The position numbers were made by a program, and so were the translations under genes. The notes beneath the pieces are model-generated. The model worked only from the letters and a program-made list of their open reading frames with translations. It ran no database searches and was not told where the DNA came from. From positions 11,160,001 through 11,224,000 of the forward strand of contig CM102290.1 in assembly GCA_046563655.1 (NCBI GenBank): a stretch of 64,000 bases of DNA, given 5' to 3'. This DNA is from Yuukianura sp. NJ FZ-2021. Its lineage: Eukaryota. Below, in pieces: positions 37,201 through 52,200 of the stretch; positions within the stretch are counted from its first letter, which is position 1, and every line of letters starts with the position of its first letter.

Positions 37201-40200
37201 CCAAATTCCAAAAAGTTAAAAGTTTAGTAGGAAAATCACTCTTTCTAAACAGCATAATTCCAAATTCCAAAAAGTTAAAAGTTTAGTAGGAAAATCACTC
37301 TTTCTAAACAGCATAATTCCAAATTCCAAAAAGTTAAAAGTTTAGTAGGAAAATCACTCTTTCTAAATAGCATAATTCCAAATTCCAAAAAGTTAAAAGT
37401 TTAGTAGGAAAATCACTCTTTCTAAATAGCATAATTCCAAATTCCAAAAAGTTAAAAGTTTAGTAGGAAAATCACTCTTTCTAAACAGCATAATTCCAAA
37501 TTCCAAAAAGTTAAAAGTTTAGTAGGAAAATCACTCTTTCTAAATAGCATAATTCCAAATTCCAAAAAGTTAAAAGTTTAGTAGGAAAATCACTCTTTCT
37601 AAATAGCATAATTCCAAATTCCAAAAAGTTAAAAGTTTAGTAGGAAAATCACTCTTTCTAAATAGCATAATTCCAAATTCCAAAAAGTTAAAAGTTTAGT
37701 AGGAAAATCACTCTTTCTAAATAGCATAATTCCAAATTCCAAAAAGTTAAAAGTTTAGTAGGAAAATCACTCTTTCTAAATAGCATAATTCCAAATTCCA
37801 AAAAGTTAAAAGTTTAGTAGGAAAATCACTCTTTCTAAACAGCATAATTCCAAATTCCAAAAAGTTAAAAGTTTAGTAGGAAAATCACTCTTTCTAAATA
37901 GCATAATTCCAAATTCCAAAAAGTTAAAAGTTTAGTAGGAAAATCACTCTTTCTAAATAGCATAATTCCAAATTCCAAAAAGTTAAAAGTTTAGTAGGAA
38001 AATCACTCTTTCTAAACAGCATAATTCCAAATTCCAAAAAGTTAAAAGTTTAGTAGGAAAATCACTCTTTCTAAACAGCATAATTCCAAATTCCAAAAAG
38101 TTAAAAGTTTAGTAGGAAAATCACTCTTTCTAAATAGCATAATTCCAAATTCCAAAAAGTTAAAAGTTTAGTAGGAAAATCACTCTTTCTAAATAGCATA
38201 ATTCCAAATTCCAAAAAGTTAAAAGTTTAGTAGGAAAATCACTCTTTCTAAATAGCATAATTCCAAATTCCAAAAAGTTAAAAGTTTAGTAGGAAAATCA
38301 CTCTTTCTAAATAGCATAATTCCAAATTCCAAAAAGTTAAAAGTTTAGTAGGAAAATCACTCTTTCTAAATAGCATAATTCCAAATTCCAAAAAGTTAAA
38401 AGTTTAGTAGGAAAATCACTCTTTCTAAATAGCATAATTCCAAATTCCAAAAAGTTAAAAGTTTAGTAGGAAAATCACTCTTTCTAAATAGCATAATTCC
38501 AAATTCCAAAAAGTTAAAAGTTTAGTAGGAAAATCACTCTTTCTAAATAGCATAATTCCAAATTCCAAAAAGTTAAAAGTTTAGTAGGAAAATCACTCTT
38601 TCTAAATAGCATAATTCCAAATTCCAAAAAGTTAAAAGTTTAGTAGGAAAATCACTCTTTCTAAATAGCATAATTCCAAATTCCAAAAAGTTAAAAGTTT
38701 AGTAGGAAAATCACTCTTTCTAAATAGCATAATTCCAAATTCCAAAAAGTTAAAAGTTTAGTAGGAAAATCACTCTTTCTAAATAGCATAATTCCAAATT
38801 CCAAAAAGTTAAAAGTTTAGTAGGAAAATCACTCTTTCTAAATAGCATAATTCCAAATTCCAAAAAGTTAAAAGTTTAGTAGGAAAATCACTCTTTCTAA
38901 ATAGCATAATTCCAAATTCCAAAAAGTTAAAAGTTTAGTAGGAAAATCACTCTTTCTAAATAGCATAATTCCAAATTCCAAAAAGTTAAAAGTTTAGTAG
39001 GAAAATCACTCTTTCTAAATAGCATAATTCCAAATTCCAAAAAGTTAAAAGTTTAGTAGGAAAATCACTCTTTCTAAATAGCATAATTCCAAATTCCAAA
39101 AAGTTAAAAGTTTAGTAGGAAAATCACTCTTTCTAAACAGCATAATTCCAAATTCCAAAAAGTTAAAAGTTTAGTAGGAAAATCACTCTTTCTAAATAGC
39201 ATAATTCCAAATTCCAAAAAGTTAAAAGTTTAGTAGGAAAATCACTCTTTCTAAATAGCATAATTCCAAATTCCAAAAAGTTAAAAGTTTAGTAGGAAAA
39301 TCACTCTTTCTAAATAGCATAATTCCAAATTCCAAAAAGTTAAAAGTTTAGTAGGAAAATCACTCTTTCTAAATAGCATAATTCCAAATTCCAAAAAGTT
39401 AAAAGTTTAGTAGGAAAATCACTCTTTCTAAATAGCATAATTCCAAATTCCAAAAAGTTAAAAGTTTAGTAGGAAAATCACTCTTTCTAAATAGCATAAT
39501 TCCAAATTCCAAAAAGTTAAAAGTTTAGTAGGAAAATCACTCTTTCTAAATAGCATAATTCCAAATTCCAAAAAGTTAAAAGTTTAGTAGGAAAATCACT
39601 CTTTCTAAATAGCATAATTCCAAATTCCAAAAAGTTAAAAGTTTAGTAGGAAAATCACTCTTTCTAAACAGCATAATTCCAAATTCCAAAAAGTTAAAAG
39701 TTTAGTAGGAAAATCACTCTTTCTAAATAGCATAATTCCAAATTCCAAAAAGTTAAAAGTTTAGTAGGAAAATCACTCTTTCTAAATAGCATAATTCCAA
39801 ATTCCAAAAAGTTAAAAGTTTAGTAGGAAAATCACTCTTTCTAAATAGCATAATTCCAAATTCCAAAAAGTTAAAAGTTTAGTAGGAAAATCACTCTTTC
39901 TAAACAGCATAATTCCAAATTCCAAAAAGTTAAAAGTTTAGTAGGAAAATCACTCTTTCTAAATAGCATAATTCCAAATTCCAAAAAGTTAAAAGTTTAG
40001 TAGGAAAATCACTCTTTCTAAATAGCATAATTCCAAATTCCAAAAAGTTAAAAGTTTAGTAGGAAAATCACTCTTTCTAAATAGCATAATTCCAAATTCC
40101 AAAAAGTTAAAAGTTTAGTAGGAAAATCACTCTTTCTAAATAGCATAATTCCAAATTCCAAAAAGTTAAAAGTTTAGTAGGAAAATCACTCTTTCTAAAT

Positions 40201-43200
40201 AGCATAATTCCAAATTCCAAAAAGTTAAAAGTTTAGTAGGAAAATCACTCTTTCTAAATAGCATAATTCCAAATTCCAAAAAGTTAAAAGTTTAGTAGGA
40301 AAATCACTCTTTCTAAATAGCATAATTCCAAATTCCAAAAAGTTAAAAGTTTAGTAGGAAAATCACTCTTTCTAAATAGCATAATTCCAAATTCCAAAAA
40401 GTTAAAAGTTTAGTAGGAAAATCACTCTTTCTAAATAGCATAATTCCAAATTCCAAAAAGTTAAAAGTTTAGTAGGAAAATCACTCTTTCTAAATAGCAT
40501 AATTCCAAATTCCAAAAAGTTAAAAGTTTAGTAGGAAAATCACTCTTTCTAAATAGCATAATTCCAAATTCCAAAAAGTTAAAAGTTTAGTAGGAAAATC
40601 ACTCTTTCTAAATAGCATAATTCCAAATTCCAAAAAGTTAAAAGTTTAGTAGGAAAATCACTCTTTCTAAATAGCATAATTCCAAATTCCAAAAAGTTAA
40701 AAGTTTAGTAGGAAAATCACTCTTTCTAAATAGCATAATTCCAAATTCCAAAAAGTTAAAAGTTTAGTAGGAAAATCACTCTTTCTAAATAGCATAATTC
40801 CAAATTCCAAAAAGTTAAAAGTTTAGTAGGAAAATCACTCTTTCTAAATAGCATAATTCCAAATTCCAAAAAGTTAAAAGTTTAGTAGGAAAATCACTCT
40901 TTCTAAATAGCATAATTCCAAATTCCAAAAAGTTAAAAGTTTAGTAGGAAAATCACTCTTTCTAAACAGCATAATTCCAAATTCCAAAAAGTTAAAAGTT
41001 TAGTAGGAAAATCACTCTTTCTAAACAGCATAATTCCAAATTCCAAAAAGTTAAAAGTTTAGTAGGAAAATCACTCTTTCTAAATAGCATAATTCCAAAT
41101 TCCAAAAAGTTAAAAGTTTAGTAGGAAAATCACTCTTTCTAAATAGCATAATTCCAAATTCCAAAAAGTTAAAAGTTTAGTAGGAAAATCACTCTTTCTA
41201 AATAGCATAATTCCAAATTCCAAAAAGTTAAAAGTTTAGTAGGAAAATCACTCTTTCTAAATAGCATAATTCCAAATTCCAAAAAGTTAAAAGTTTAGTA
41301 GGAAAATCACTCTTTCTAAATAGCATAATTCCAAATTCCAAAAAGTTAAAAGTTTAGTAGGAAAATCACTCTTTCTAAATAGCATAATTCCAAATTCCAA
41401 AAAGTTAAAAGTTTAGTAGGAAAATCACTCTTTCTAAATAGCATAATTCCAAATTCCAAAAAGTTAAAAGTTTAGTAGGAAAATCACTCTTTCTAAATAG
41501 CATAATTCCAAATTCCAAAAAGTTAAAAGTTTAGTAGGAAAATCACTCTTTCTAAATAGCATAATTCCAAATTCCAAAAAGTTAAAAGTTTAGTAGGAAA
41601 ATCACTCTTTCTAAATAGCATAATTCCAAATTCCAAAAAGTTAAAAGTTTAGTAGGAAAATCACTCTTTCTAAATAGCATAATTCCAAATTCCAAAAAGT
41701 TAAAAGTTTAGTAGGAAAATCACTCTTTCTAAATAGCATAATTCCAAATTCCAAAAAGTTAAAAGTTTAGTAGGAAAATCACTCTTTCTAAATAGCATAA
41801 TTCCAAATTCCAAAAAGTTAAAAGTTTAGTAGGAAAATCACTCTTTCTAAATAGCATAATTCCAAATTCCAAAAAGTTAAAAGTTTAGTAGGAAAATCAC
41901 TCTTTCTAAATAGCATAATTCCAAATTCCAAAAAGTTAAAAGTTTAGTAGGAAAATCACTCTTTCTAAATAGCATAATTCCAAATTCCAAAAAGTTAAAA
42001 GTTTAGTAGGAAAATCACTCTTTCTAAATAGCATAATTCCAAATTCCAAAAAGTTAAAAGTTTAGTAGGAAAATCACTCTTTCTAAATAGCATAATTCCA
42101 AATTCCAAAAAGTTAAAAGTTTAGTAGGAAAATCACTCTTTCTAAATAGCATAATTCCAAATTCCAAAAAGTTAAAAGTTTAGTAGGAAAATCACTCTTT
42201 CTAAATAGCATAATTCCAAATTCCAAAAAGTTAAAAGTTTAGTAGGAAAATCACTCTTTCTAAATAGCATAATTCCAAATTCCAAAAAGTTAAAAGTTTA
42301 GTAGGAAAATCACTCTTTCTAAATAGCATAATTCCAAATTCCAAAAAGTTAAAAGTTTAGTAGGAAAATCACTCTTTCTAAATAGCATAATTCCAAATTC
42401 CAAAAAGTTAAAAGTTTAGTAGGAAAATCACTCTTTCTAAATAGCATAATTCCAAATTCCAAAAAGTTAAAAGTTTAGTAGGAAAATCACTCTTTCTAAA
42501 TAGCATAATTCCAAATTCCAAAAAGTTAAAAGTTTAGTAGGAAAATCACTCTTTCTAAATAGCATAATTCCAAATTCCAAAAAGTTAAAAGTTTAGTAGG
42601 AAAATCACTCTTTCTAAATAGCATAATTCCAAATTCCAAAAAGTTAAAAGTTTAGTAGGAAAATCACTCTTTCTAAATAGCATAATTCCAAATTCCAAAA
42701 AGTTAAAAGTTTAGTAGGAAAATCACTCTTTCTAAATAGCATAATTCCAAATTCCAAAAAGTTAAAAGTTTAGTAGGAAAATCACTCTTTCTAAATAGCA
42801 TAATTCCAAATTCCAAAAAGTTAAAAGTTTAGTAGGAAAATCACTCTTTCTAAATAGCATAATTCCAAATTCCAAAAAGTTAAAAGTTTAGTAGGAAAAT
42901 CACTCTTTCTAAATAGCATAATTCCAAATTCCAAAAAGTTAAAAGTTTAGTAGGAAAATCACTCTTTCTAAATAGCATAATTCCAAATTCCAAAAAGTTA
43001 AAAGTTTAGTAGGAAAATCACTCTTTCTAAATAGCATAATTCCAAATTCCAAAAAGTTAAAAGTTTAGTAGGAAAATCACTCTTTCTAAATAGCATAATT
43101 CCAAATTCCAAAAAGTTAAAAGTTTAGTAGGAAAATCACTCTTTCTAAATAGCATAATTCCAAATTCCAAAAAGTTAAAAGTTTAGTAGGAAAATCACTC

Positions 43201-46200
43201 TTTCTAAATAGCATAATTCCAAATTCCAAAAAGTTAAAAGTTTAGTAGGAAAATCACTCTTTCTAAATAGCATAATTCCAAATTCCAAAAAGTTAAAAGT
43301 TTAGTAGGAAAATCACTCTTTCTAAATAGCATAATTCCAAATTCCAAAAAGTTAAAAGTTTAGTAGGAAAATCACTCTTTCTAAATAGCATAATTCCAAA
43401 TTCCAAAAAGTTAAAAGTTTAGTAGGAAAATCACTCTTTCTAAATAGCATAATTCCAAATTCCAAAAAGTTAAAAGTTTAGTAGGAAAATCACTCTTTCT
43501 AAATAGCATAATTCCAAATTCCAAAAAGTTAAAAGTTTAGTAGGAAAATCACTCTTTCTAAATAGCATAATTCCAAATTCCAAAAAGTTAAAAGTTTAGT
43601 AGGAAAATCACTCTTTCTAAATAGCATAATTCCAAATTCCAAAAAGTTAAAAGTTTAGTAGGAAAATCACTCTTTCTAAACAGCATAATTCCAAATTCCA
43701 AAAAGTTAAAAGTTTAGTAGGAAAATCACTCTTTCTAAATAGCATAATTCCAAATTCCAAAAAGTTAAAAGTTTAGTAGGAAAATCACTCTTTCTAAATA
43801 GCATAATTCCAAATTCCAAAAAGTTAAAAGTTTAGTAGGAAAATCACTCTTTCTAAATAGCATAATTCCAAATTCCAAAAAGTTAAAAGTTTAGTAGGAA
43901 AATCACTCTTTCTAAATAGCATAATTCCAAATTCCAAAAAGTTAAAAGTTTAGTAGGAAAATCACTCTTTCTAAATAGCATAATTCCAAATTCCAAAAAG
44001 TTAAAAGTTTAGTAGGAAAATCACTCTTTCTAAATAGCATAATTCCAAATTCCAAAAAGTTAAAAGTTTAGTAGGAAAATCACTCTTTCTAAATAGCATA
44101 ATTCCAAATTCCAAAAAGTTAAAAGTTTAGTAGGAAAATCACTCTTTCTAAATAGCATAATTCCAAATTCCAAAAAGTTAAAAGTTTAGTAGGAAAATCA
44201 CTCTTTCTAAACAGCATAATTCCAAATTCCAAAAAGTTAAAAGTTTAGTAGGAAAATCACTCTTTCTAAATAGCATAATTCCAAATTCCAAAAAGTTAAA
44301 AGTTTAGTAGGAAAATCACTCTTTCTAAATAGCATAATTCCAAATTCCAAAAAGTTAAAAGTTTAGTAGGAAAATCACTCTTTCTAAATAGCATAATTCC
44401 AAATTCCAAAAAGTTAAAAGTTTAGTAGGAAAATCACTCTTTCTAAATAGCATAATTCCAAATTCCAAAAAGTTAAAAGTTTAGTAGGAAAATCACTCTT
44501 TCTAAATAGCATAATTCCAAATTCCAAAAAGTTAAAAGTTTAGTAGGAAAATCACTCTTTCTAAATAGCATAATTCCAAATTCCAAAAAGTTAAAAGTTT
44601 AGTAGGAAAATCACTCTTTCTAAATAGCATAATTCCAAATTCCAAAAAGTTAAAAGTTTAGTAGGAAAATCACTCTTTCTAAATAGCATAATTCCAAATT
44701 CCAAAAAGTTAAAAGTTTAGTAGGAAAATCACTCTTTCTAAATAGCATAATTCCAAATTCCAAAAAGTTAAAAGTTTAGTAGGAAAATCACTCTTTCTAA
44801 ATAGCATAATTCCAAATTCCAAAAAGTTAAAAGTTTAGTAGGAAAATCACTCTTTCTAAATAGCATAATTCCAAATTCCAAAAAGTTAAAAGTTTAGTAG
44901 GAAAATCACTCTTTCTAAATAGCATAATTCCAAATTCCAAAAAGTTAAAAGTTTAGTAGGAAAATCACTCTTTCTAAATAGCATAATTCCAAATTCCAAA
45001 AAGTTAAAAGTTTAGTAGGAAAATCACTCTTTCTAAATAGCATAATTCCAAATTCCAAAAAGTTAAAAGTTTAGTAGGAAAATCACTCTTTCTAAATAGC
45101 ATAATTCCAAATTCCAAAAAGTTAAAAGTTTAGTAGGAAAATCACTCTTTCTAAATAGCATAATTCCAAATTCCAAAAAGTTAAAAGTTTAGTAGGAAAA
45201 TCACTCTTTCTAAATAGCATAATTCCAAATTCCAAAAAGTTAAAAGTTTAGTAGGAAAATCACTCTTTCTAAATAGCATAATTCCAAATTCCAAAAAGTT
45301 AAAAGTTTAGTAGGAAAATCACTCTTTCTAAACAGCATAATTCCAAATTCCAAAAAGTTAAAAGTTTAGTAGGAAAATCACTCTTTCTAAATAGCATAAT
45401 TCCAAATTCCAAAAAGTTAAAAGTTTAGTAGGAAAATCACTCTTTCTAAATAGCATAATTCCAAATTCCAAAAAGTTAAAAGTTTAGTAGGAAAATCACT
45501 CTTTCTAAATAGCATAATTCCAAATTCCAAAAAGTTAAAAGTTTAGTAGGAAAATCACTCTTTCTAAATAGCATAATTCCAAATTCCAAAAAGTTAAAAG
45601 TTTAGTAGGAAAATCACTCTTTCTAAATAGCATAATTCCAAATTCCAAAAAGTTAAAAGTTTAGTAGGAAAATCACTCTTTCTAAATAGCATAATTCCAA
45701 ATTCCAAAAAGTTAAAAGTTTAGTAGGAAAATCACTCTTTCTAAATAGCATAATTCCAAATTCCAAAAAGTTAAAAGTTTAGTAGGAAAATCACTCTTTC
45801 TAAATAGCATAATTCCAAATTCCAAAAAGTTAAAAGTTTAGTAGGAAAATCACTCTTTCTAAATAGCATAATTCCAAATTCCAAAAAGTTAAAAGTTTAG
45901 TAGGAAAATCACTCTTTCTAAATAGCATAATTCCAAATTCCAAAAAGTTAAAAGTTTAGTAGGAAAATCACTCTTTCTAAATAGCATAATTCCAAATTCC
46001 AAAAAGTTAAAAGTTTAGTAGGAAAATCACTCTTTCTAAATAGCATAATTCCAAATTCCAAAAAGTTAAAAGTTTAGTAGGAAAATCACTCTTTCTAAAT
46101 AGCATAATTCCAAATTCCAAAAAGTTAAAAGTTTAGTAGGAAAATCACTCTTTCTAAACAGCATAATTCCAAATTCCAAAAAGTTAAAAGTTTAGTAGGA

Positions 46201-49200
46201 AAATCACTCTTTCTAAATAGCATAATTCCAAATTCCAAAAAGTTAAAAGTTTAGTAGGAAAATCACTCTTTCTAAATAGCATAATTCCAAATTCCAAAAA
46301 GTTAAAAGTTTAGTAGGAAAATCACTCTTTCTAAATAGCATAATTCCAAATTCCAAAAAGTTAAAAGTTTAGTAGGAAAATCACTCTTTCTAAATAGCAT
46401 AATTCCAAATTCCAAAAAGTTAAAAGTTTAGTAGGAAAATCACTCTTTCTAAATAGCATAATTCCAAATTCCAAAAAGTTAAAAGTTTAGTAGGAAAATC
46501 ACTCTTTCTAAATAGCATAATTCCAAATTCCAAAAAGTTAAAAGTTTAGTAGGAAAATCACTCTTTCTAAATAGCATAATTCCAAATTCCAAAAAGTTAA
46601 AAGTTTAGTAGGAAAATCACTCTTTCTAAATAGCATAATTCCAAATTCCAAAAAGTTAAAAGTTTAGTAGGAAAATCACTCTTTCTAAATAGCATAATTC
46701 CAAATTCCAAAAAGTTAAAAGTTTAGTAGGAAAATCACTCTTTCTAAATAGCATAATTCCAAATTCCAAAAAGTTAAAAGTTTAGTAGGAAAATCACTCT
46801 TTCTAAATAGCATAATTCCAAATTCCAAAAAGTTAAAAGTTTAGTAGGAAAATCACTCTTTCTAAATAGCATAATTCCAAATTCCAAAAAGTTAAAAGTT
46901 TAGTAGGAAAATCACTCTTTCTAAATAGCATAATTCCAAATTCCAAAAAGTTAAAAGTTTAGTAGGAAAATCACTCTTTCTAAATAGCATAATTCCAAAT
47001 TCCAAAAAGTTAAAAGTTTAGTAGGAAAATCACTCTTTCTAAATAGCATAATTCCAAATTCCAAAAAGTTAAAAGTTTAGTAGGAAAATCACTCTTTCTA
47101 AATAGCATAATTCCAAATTCCAAAAAGTTAAAAGTTTAGTAGGAAAATCACTCTTTCTAAATAGCATAATTCCAAATTCCAAAAAGTTAAAAGTTTAGTA
47201 GGAAAATCACTCTTTCTAAATAGCATAATTCCAAATTCCAAAAAGTTAAAAGTTTAGTAGGAAAATCACTCTTTCTAAATAGCATAATTCCAAATTCCAA
47301 AAAGTTAAAAGTTTAGTAGGAAAATCACTCTTTCTAAATAGCATAATTCCAAATTCCAAAAAGTTAAAAGTTTAGTAGGAAAATCACTCTTTCTAAATAG
47401 CATAATTCCAAATTCCAAAAAGTTAAAAGTTTAGTAGGAAAATCACTCTTTCTAAATAGCATAATTCCAAATTCCAAAAAGTTAAAAGTTTAGTAGGAAA
47501 ATCACTCTTTCTAAATAGCATAATTCCAAATTCCAAAAAGTTAAAAGTTTAGTAGGAAAATCACTCTTTCTAAATAGCATAATTCCAAATTCCAAAAAGT
47601 TAAAAGTTTAGTAGGAAAATCACTCTTTCTAAATAGCATAATTCCAAATTCCAAAAAGTTAAAAGTTTAGTAGGAAAATCACTCTTTCTAAATAGCATAA
47701 TTCCAAATTCCAAAAAGTTAAAAGTTTAGTAGGAAAATCACTCTTTCTAAATAGCATAATTCCAAATTCCAAAAAGTTAAAAGTTTAGTAGGAAAATCAC
47801 TCTTTCTAAATAGCATAATTCCAAATTCCAAAAAGTTAAAAGTTTAGTAGGAAAATCACTCTTTCTAAATAGCATAATTCCAAATTCCAAAAAGTTAAAA
47901 GTTTAGTAGGAAAATCACTCTTTCTAAATAGCATAATTCCAAATTCCAAAAAGTTAAAAGTTTAGTAGGAAAATCACTCTTTCTAAATAGCATAATTCCA
48001 AATTCCAAAAAGTTAAAAGTTTAGTAGGAAAATCACTCTTTCTAAATAGCATAATTCCAAATTCCAAAAAGTTAAAAGTTTAGTAGGAAAATCACTCTTT
48101 CTAAATAGCATAATTCCAAATTCCAAAAAGTTAAAAGTTTAGTAGGAAAATCACTCTTTCTAAATAGCATAATTCCAAATTCCAAAAAGTTAAAAGTTTA
48201 GTAGGAAAATCACTCTTTCTAAATAGCATAATTCCAAATTCCAAAAAGTTAAAAGTTTAGTAGGAAAATCACTCTTTCTAAATAGCATAATTCCAAATTC
48301 CAAAAAGTTAAAAGTTTAGTAGGAAAATCACTCTTTCTAAATAGCATAATTCCAAATTCCAAAAAGTTAAAAGTTTAGTAGGAAAATCACTCTTTCTAAA
48401 TAGCATAATTCCAAATTCCAAAAAGTTAAAAGTTTAGTAGGAAAATCACTCTTTCTAAATAGCATAATTCCAAATTCCAAAAAGTTAAAAGTTTAGTAGG
48501 AAAATCACTCTTTCTAAATAGCATAATTCCAAATTCCAAAAAGTTAAAAGTTTAGTAGGAAAATCACTCTTTCTAAATAGCATAATTCCAAATTCCAAAA
48601 AGTTAAAAGTTTAGTAGGAAAATCACTCTTTCTAAATAGCATAATTCCAAATTCCAAAAAGTTAAAAGTTTAGTAGGAAAATCACTCTTTCTAAATAGCA
48701 TAATTCCAAATTCCAAAAAGTTAAAAGTTTAGTAGGAAAATCACTCTTTCTAAATAGCATAATTCCAAATTCCAAAAAGTTAAAAGTTTAGTAGGAAAAT
48801 CACTCTTTCTAAATAGCATAATTCCAAATTCCAAAAAGTTAAAAGTTTAGTAGGAAAATCACTCTTTCTAAATAGCATAATTCCAAATTCCAAAAAGTTA
48901 AAAGTTTAGTAGGAAAATCACTCTTTCTAAATAGCATAATTCCAAATTCCAAAAAGTTAAAAGTTTAGTAGGAAAATCACTCTTTCTAAATAGCATAATT
49001 CCAAATTCCAAAAAGTTAAAAGTTTAGTAGGAAAATCACTCTTTCTAAATAGCATAATTCCAAATTCCAAAAAGTTAAAAGTTTAGTAGGAAAATCACTC
49101 TTTCTAAATAGCATAATTCCAAATTCCAAAAAGTTAAAAGTTTAGTAGGAAAATCACTCTTTCTAAATAGCATAATTCCAAATTCCAAAAAGTTAAAAGT

Positions 49201-52200
49201 TTAGTAGGAAAATCACTCTTTCTAAATAGCATAATTCCAAATTCCAAAAAGTTAAAAGTTTAGTAGGAAAATCACTCTTTCTAAACAGCATAATTCCAAA
49301 TTCCAAAAAGTTAAAAGTTTAGTAGGAAAATCACTCTTTCTAAATAGCATAATTCCAAATTCCAAAAAGTTAAAAGTTTAGTAGGAAAATCACTCTTTCT
49401 AAATAGCATAATTCCAAATTCCAAAAAGTTAAAAGTTTAGTAGGAAAATCACTCTTTCTAAATAGCATAATTCCAAATTCCAAAAAGTTAAAAGTTTAGT
49501 AGGAAAATCACTCTTTCTAAATAGCATAATTCCAAATTCCAAAAAGTTAAAAGTTTAGTAGGAAAATCACTCTTTCTAAATAGCATAATTCCAAATTCCA
49601 AAAAGTTAAAAGTTTAGTAGGAAAATCACTCTTTCTAAATAGCATAATTCCAAATTCCAAAAAGTTAAAAGTTTAGTAGGAAAATCACTCTTTCTAAATA
49701 GCATAATTCCAAATTCCAAAAAGTTAAAAGTTTAGTAGGAAAATCACTCTTTCTAAATAGCATAATTCCAAATTCCAAAAAGTTAAAAGTTTAGTAGGAA
49801 AATCACTCTTTCTAAATAGCATAATTCCAAATTCCAAAAAGTTAAAAGTTTAGTAGGAAAATCACTCTTTCTAAATAGCATAATTCCAAATTCCAAAAAG
49901 TTAAAAGTTTAGTAGGAAAATCACTCTTTCTAAATAGCATAATTCCAAATTCCAAAAAGTTAAAAGTTTAGTAGGAAAATCACTCTTTCTAAATAGCATA
50001 ATTCCAAATTCCAAAAAGTTAAAAGTTTAGTAGGAAAATCACTCTTTCTAAATAGCATAATTCCAAATTCCAAAAAGTTAAAAGTTTAGTAGGAAAATCA
50101 CTCTTTCTAAATAGCATAATTCCAAATTCCAAAAAGTTAAAAGTTTAGTAGGAAAATCACTCTTTCTAAATAGCATAATTCCAAATTCCAAAAAGTTAAA
50201 AGTTTAGTAGGAAAATCACTCTTTCTAAATAGCATAATTCCAAATTCCAAAAAGTTAAAAGTTTAGTAGGAAAATCACTCTTTCTAAATAGCATAATTCC
50301 AAATTCCAAAAAGTTAAAAGTTTAGTAGGAAAATCACTCTTTCTAAATAGCATAATTCCAAATTCCAAAAAGTTAAAAGTTTAGTAGGAAAATCACTCTT
50401 TCTAAATAGCATAATTCCAAATTCCAAAAAGTTAAAAGTTTAGTAGGAAAATCACTCTTTCTAAATAGCATAATTCCAAATTCCAAAAAGTTAAAAGTTT
50501 AGTAGGAAAATCACTCTTTCTAAATAGCATAATTCCAAATTCCAAAAAGTTAAAAGTTTAGTAGGAAAATCACTCTTTCTAAATAGCATAATTCCAAATT
50601 CCAAAAAGTTAAAAGTTTAGTAGGAAAATCACTCTTTCTAAATAGCATAATTCCAAATTCCAAAAAGTTAAAAGTTTAGTAGGAAAATCACTCTTTCTAA
50701 ATAGCATAATTCCAAATTCCAAAAAGTTAAAAGTTTAGTAGGAAAATCACTCTTTCTAAATAGCATAATTCCAAATTCCAAAAAGTTAAAAGTTTAGTAG
50801 GAAAATCACTCTTTCTAAACAGCATAATTCCAAATTCCAAAAAGTTAAAAGTTTAGTAGGAAAATCACTCTTTCTAAATAGCATAATTCCAAATTCCAAA
50901 AAGTTAAAAGTTTAGTAGGAAAATCACTCTTTCTAAATAGCATAATTCCAAATTCCAAAAAGTTAAAAGTTTAGTAGGAAAATCACTCTTTCTAAATAGC
51001 ATAATTCCAAATTCCAAAAAGTTAAAAGTTTAGTAGGAAAATCACTCTTTCTAAATAGCATAATTCCAAATTCCAAAAAGTTAAAAGTTTAGTAGGAAAA
51101 TCACTCTTTCTAAATAGCATAATTCCAAATTCCAAAAAGTTAAAAGTTTAGTAGGAAAATCACTCTTTCTAAATAGCATAATTCCAAATTCCAAAAAGTT
51201 AAAAGTTTAGTAGGAAAATCACTCTTTCTAAATAGCATAATTCCAAATTCCAAAAAGTTAAAAGTTTAGTAGGAAAATCACTCTTTCTAAATAGCATAAT
51301 TCCAAATTCCAAAAAGTTAAAAGTTTAGTAGGAAAATCACTCTTTCTAAATAGCATAATTCCAAATTCCAAAAAGTTAAAAGTTTAGTAGGAAAATCACT
51401 CTTTCTAAATAGCATAATTCCAAATTCCAAAAAGTTAAAAGTTTAGTAGGAAAATCACTCTTTCTAAATAGCATAATTCCAAATTCCAAAAAGTTAAAAG
51501 TTTAGTAGGAAAATCACTCTTTCTAAATAGCATAATTCCAAATTCCAAAAAGTTAAAAGTTTAGTAGGAAAATCACTCTTTCTAAATAGCATAATTCCAA
51601 ATTCCAAAAAGTTAAAAGTTTAGTAGGAAAATCACTCTTTCTAAATAGCATAATTCCAAATTCCAAAAAGTTAAAAGTTTAGTAGGAAAATCACTCTTTC
51701 TAAATAGCATAATTCCAAATTCCAAAAAGTTAAAAGTTTAGTAGGAAAATCACTCTTTCTAAATAGCATAATTCCAAATTCCAAAAAGTTAAAAGTTTAG
51801 TAGGAAAATCACTCTTTCTAAATAGCATAATTCCAAATTCCAAAAAGTTAAAAGTTTAGTAGGAAAATCACTCTTTCTAAACAGCATAATTCCAAATTCC
51901 AAAAAGTTAAAAGTTTAGTAGGAAAATCACTCTTTCTAAATAGCATAATTCCAAATTCCAAAAAGTTAAAAGTTTAGTAGGAAAATCACTCTTTCTAAAT
52001 AGCATAATTCCAAATTCCAAAAAGTTAAAAGTTTAGTAGGAAAATCACTCTTTCTAAATAGCATAATTCCAAATTCCAAAAAGTTAAAAGTTTAGTAGGA
52101 AAATCACTCTTTCTAAATAGCATAATTCCAAATTCCAAAAAGTTAAAAGTTTAGTAGGAAAATCACTCTTTCTAAACAGCATAATTCCAAATTCCAAAAA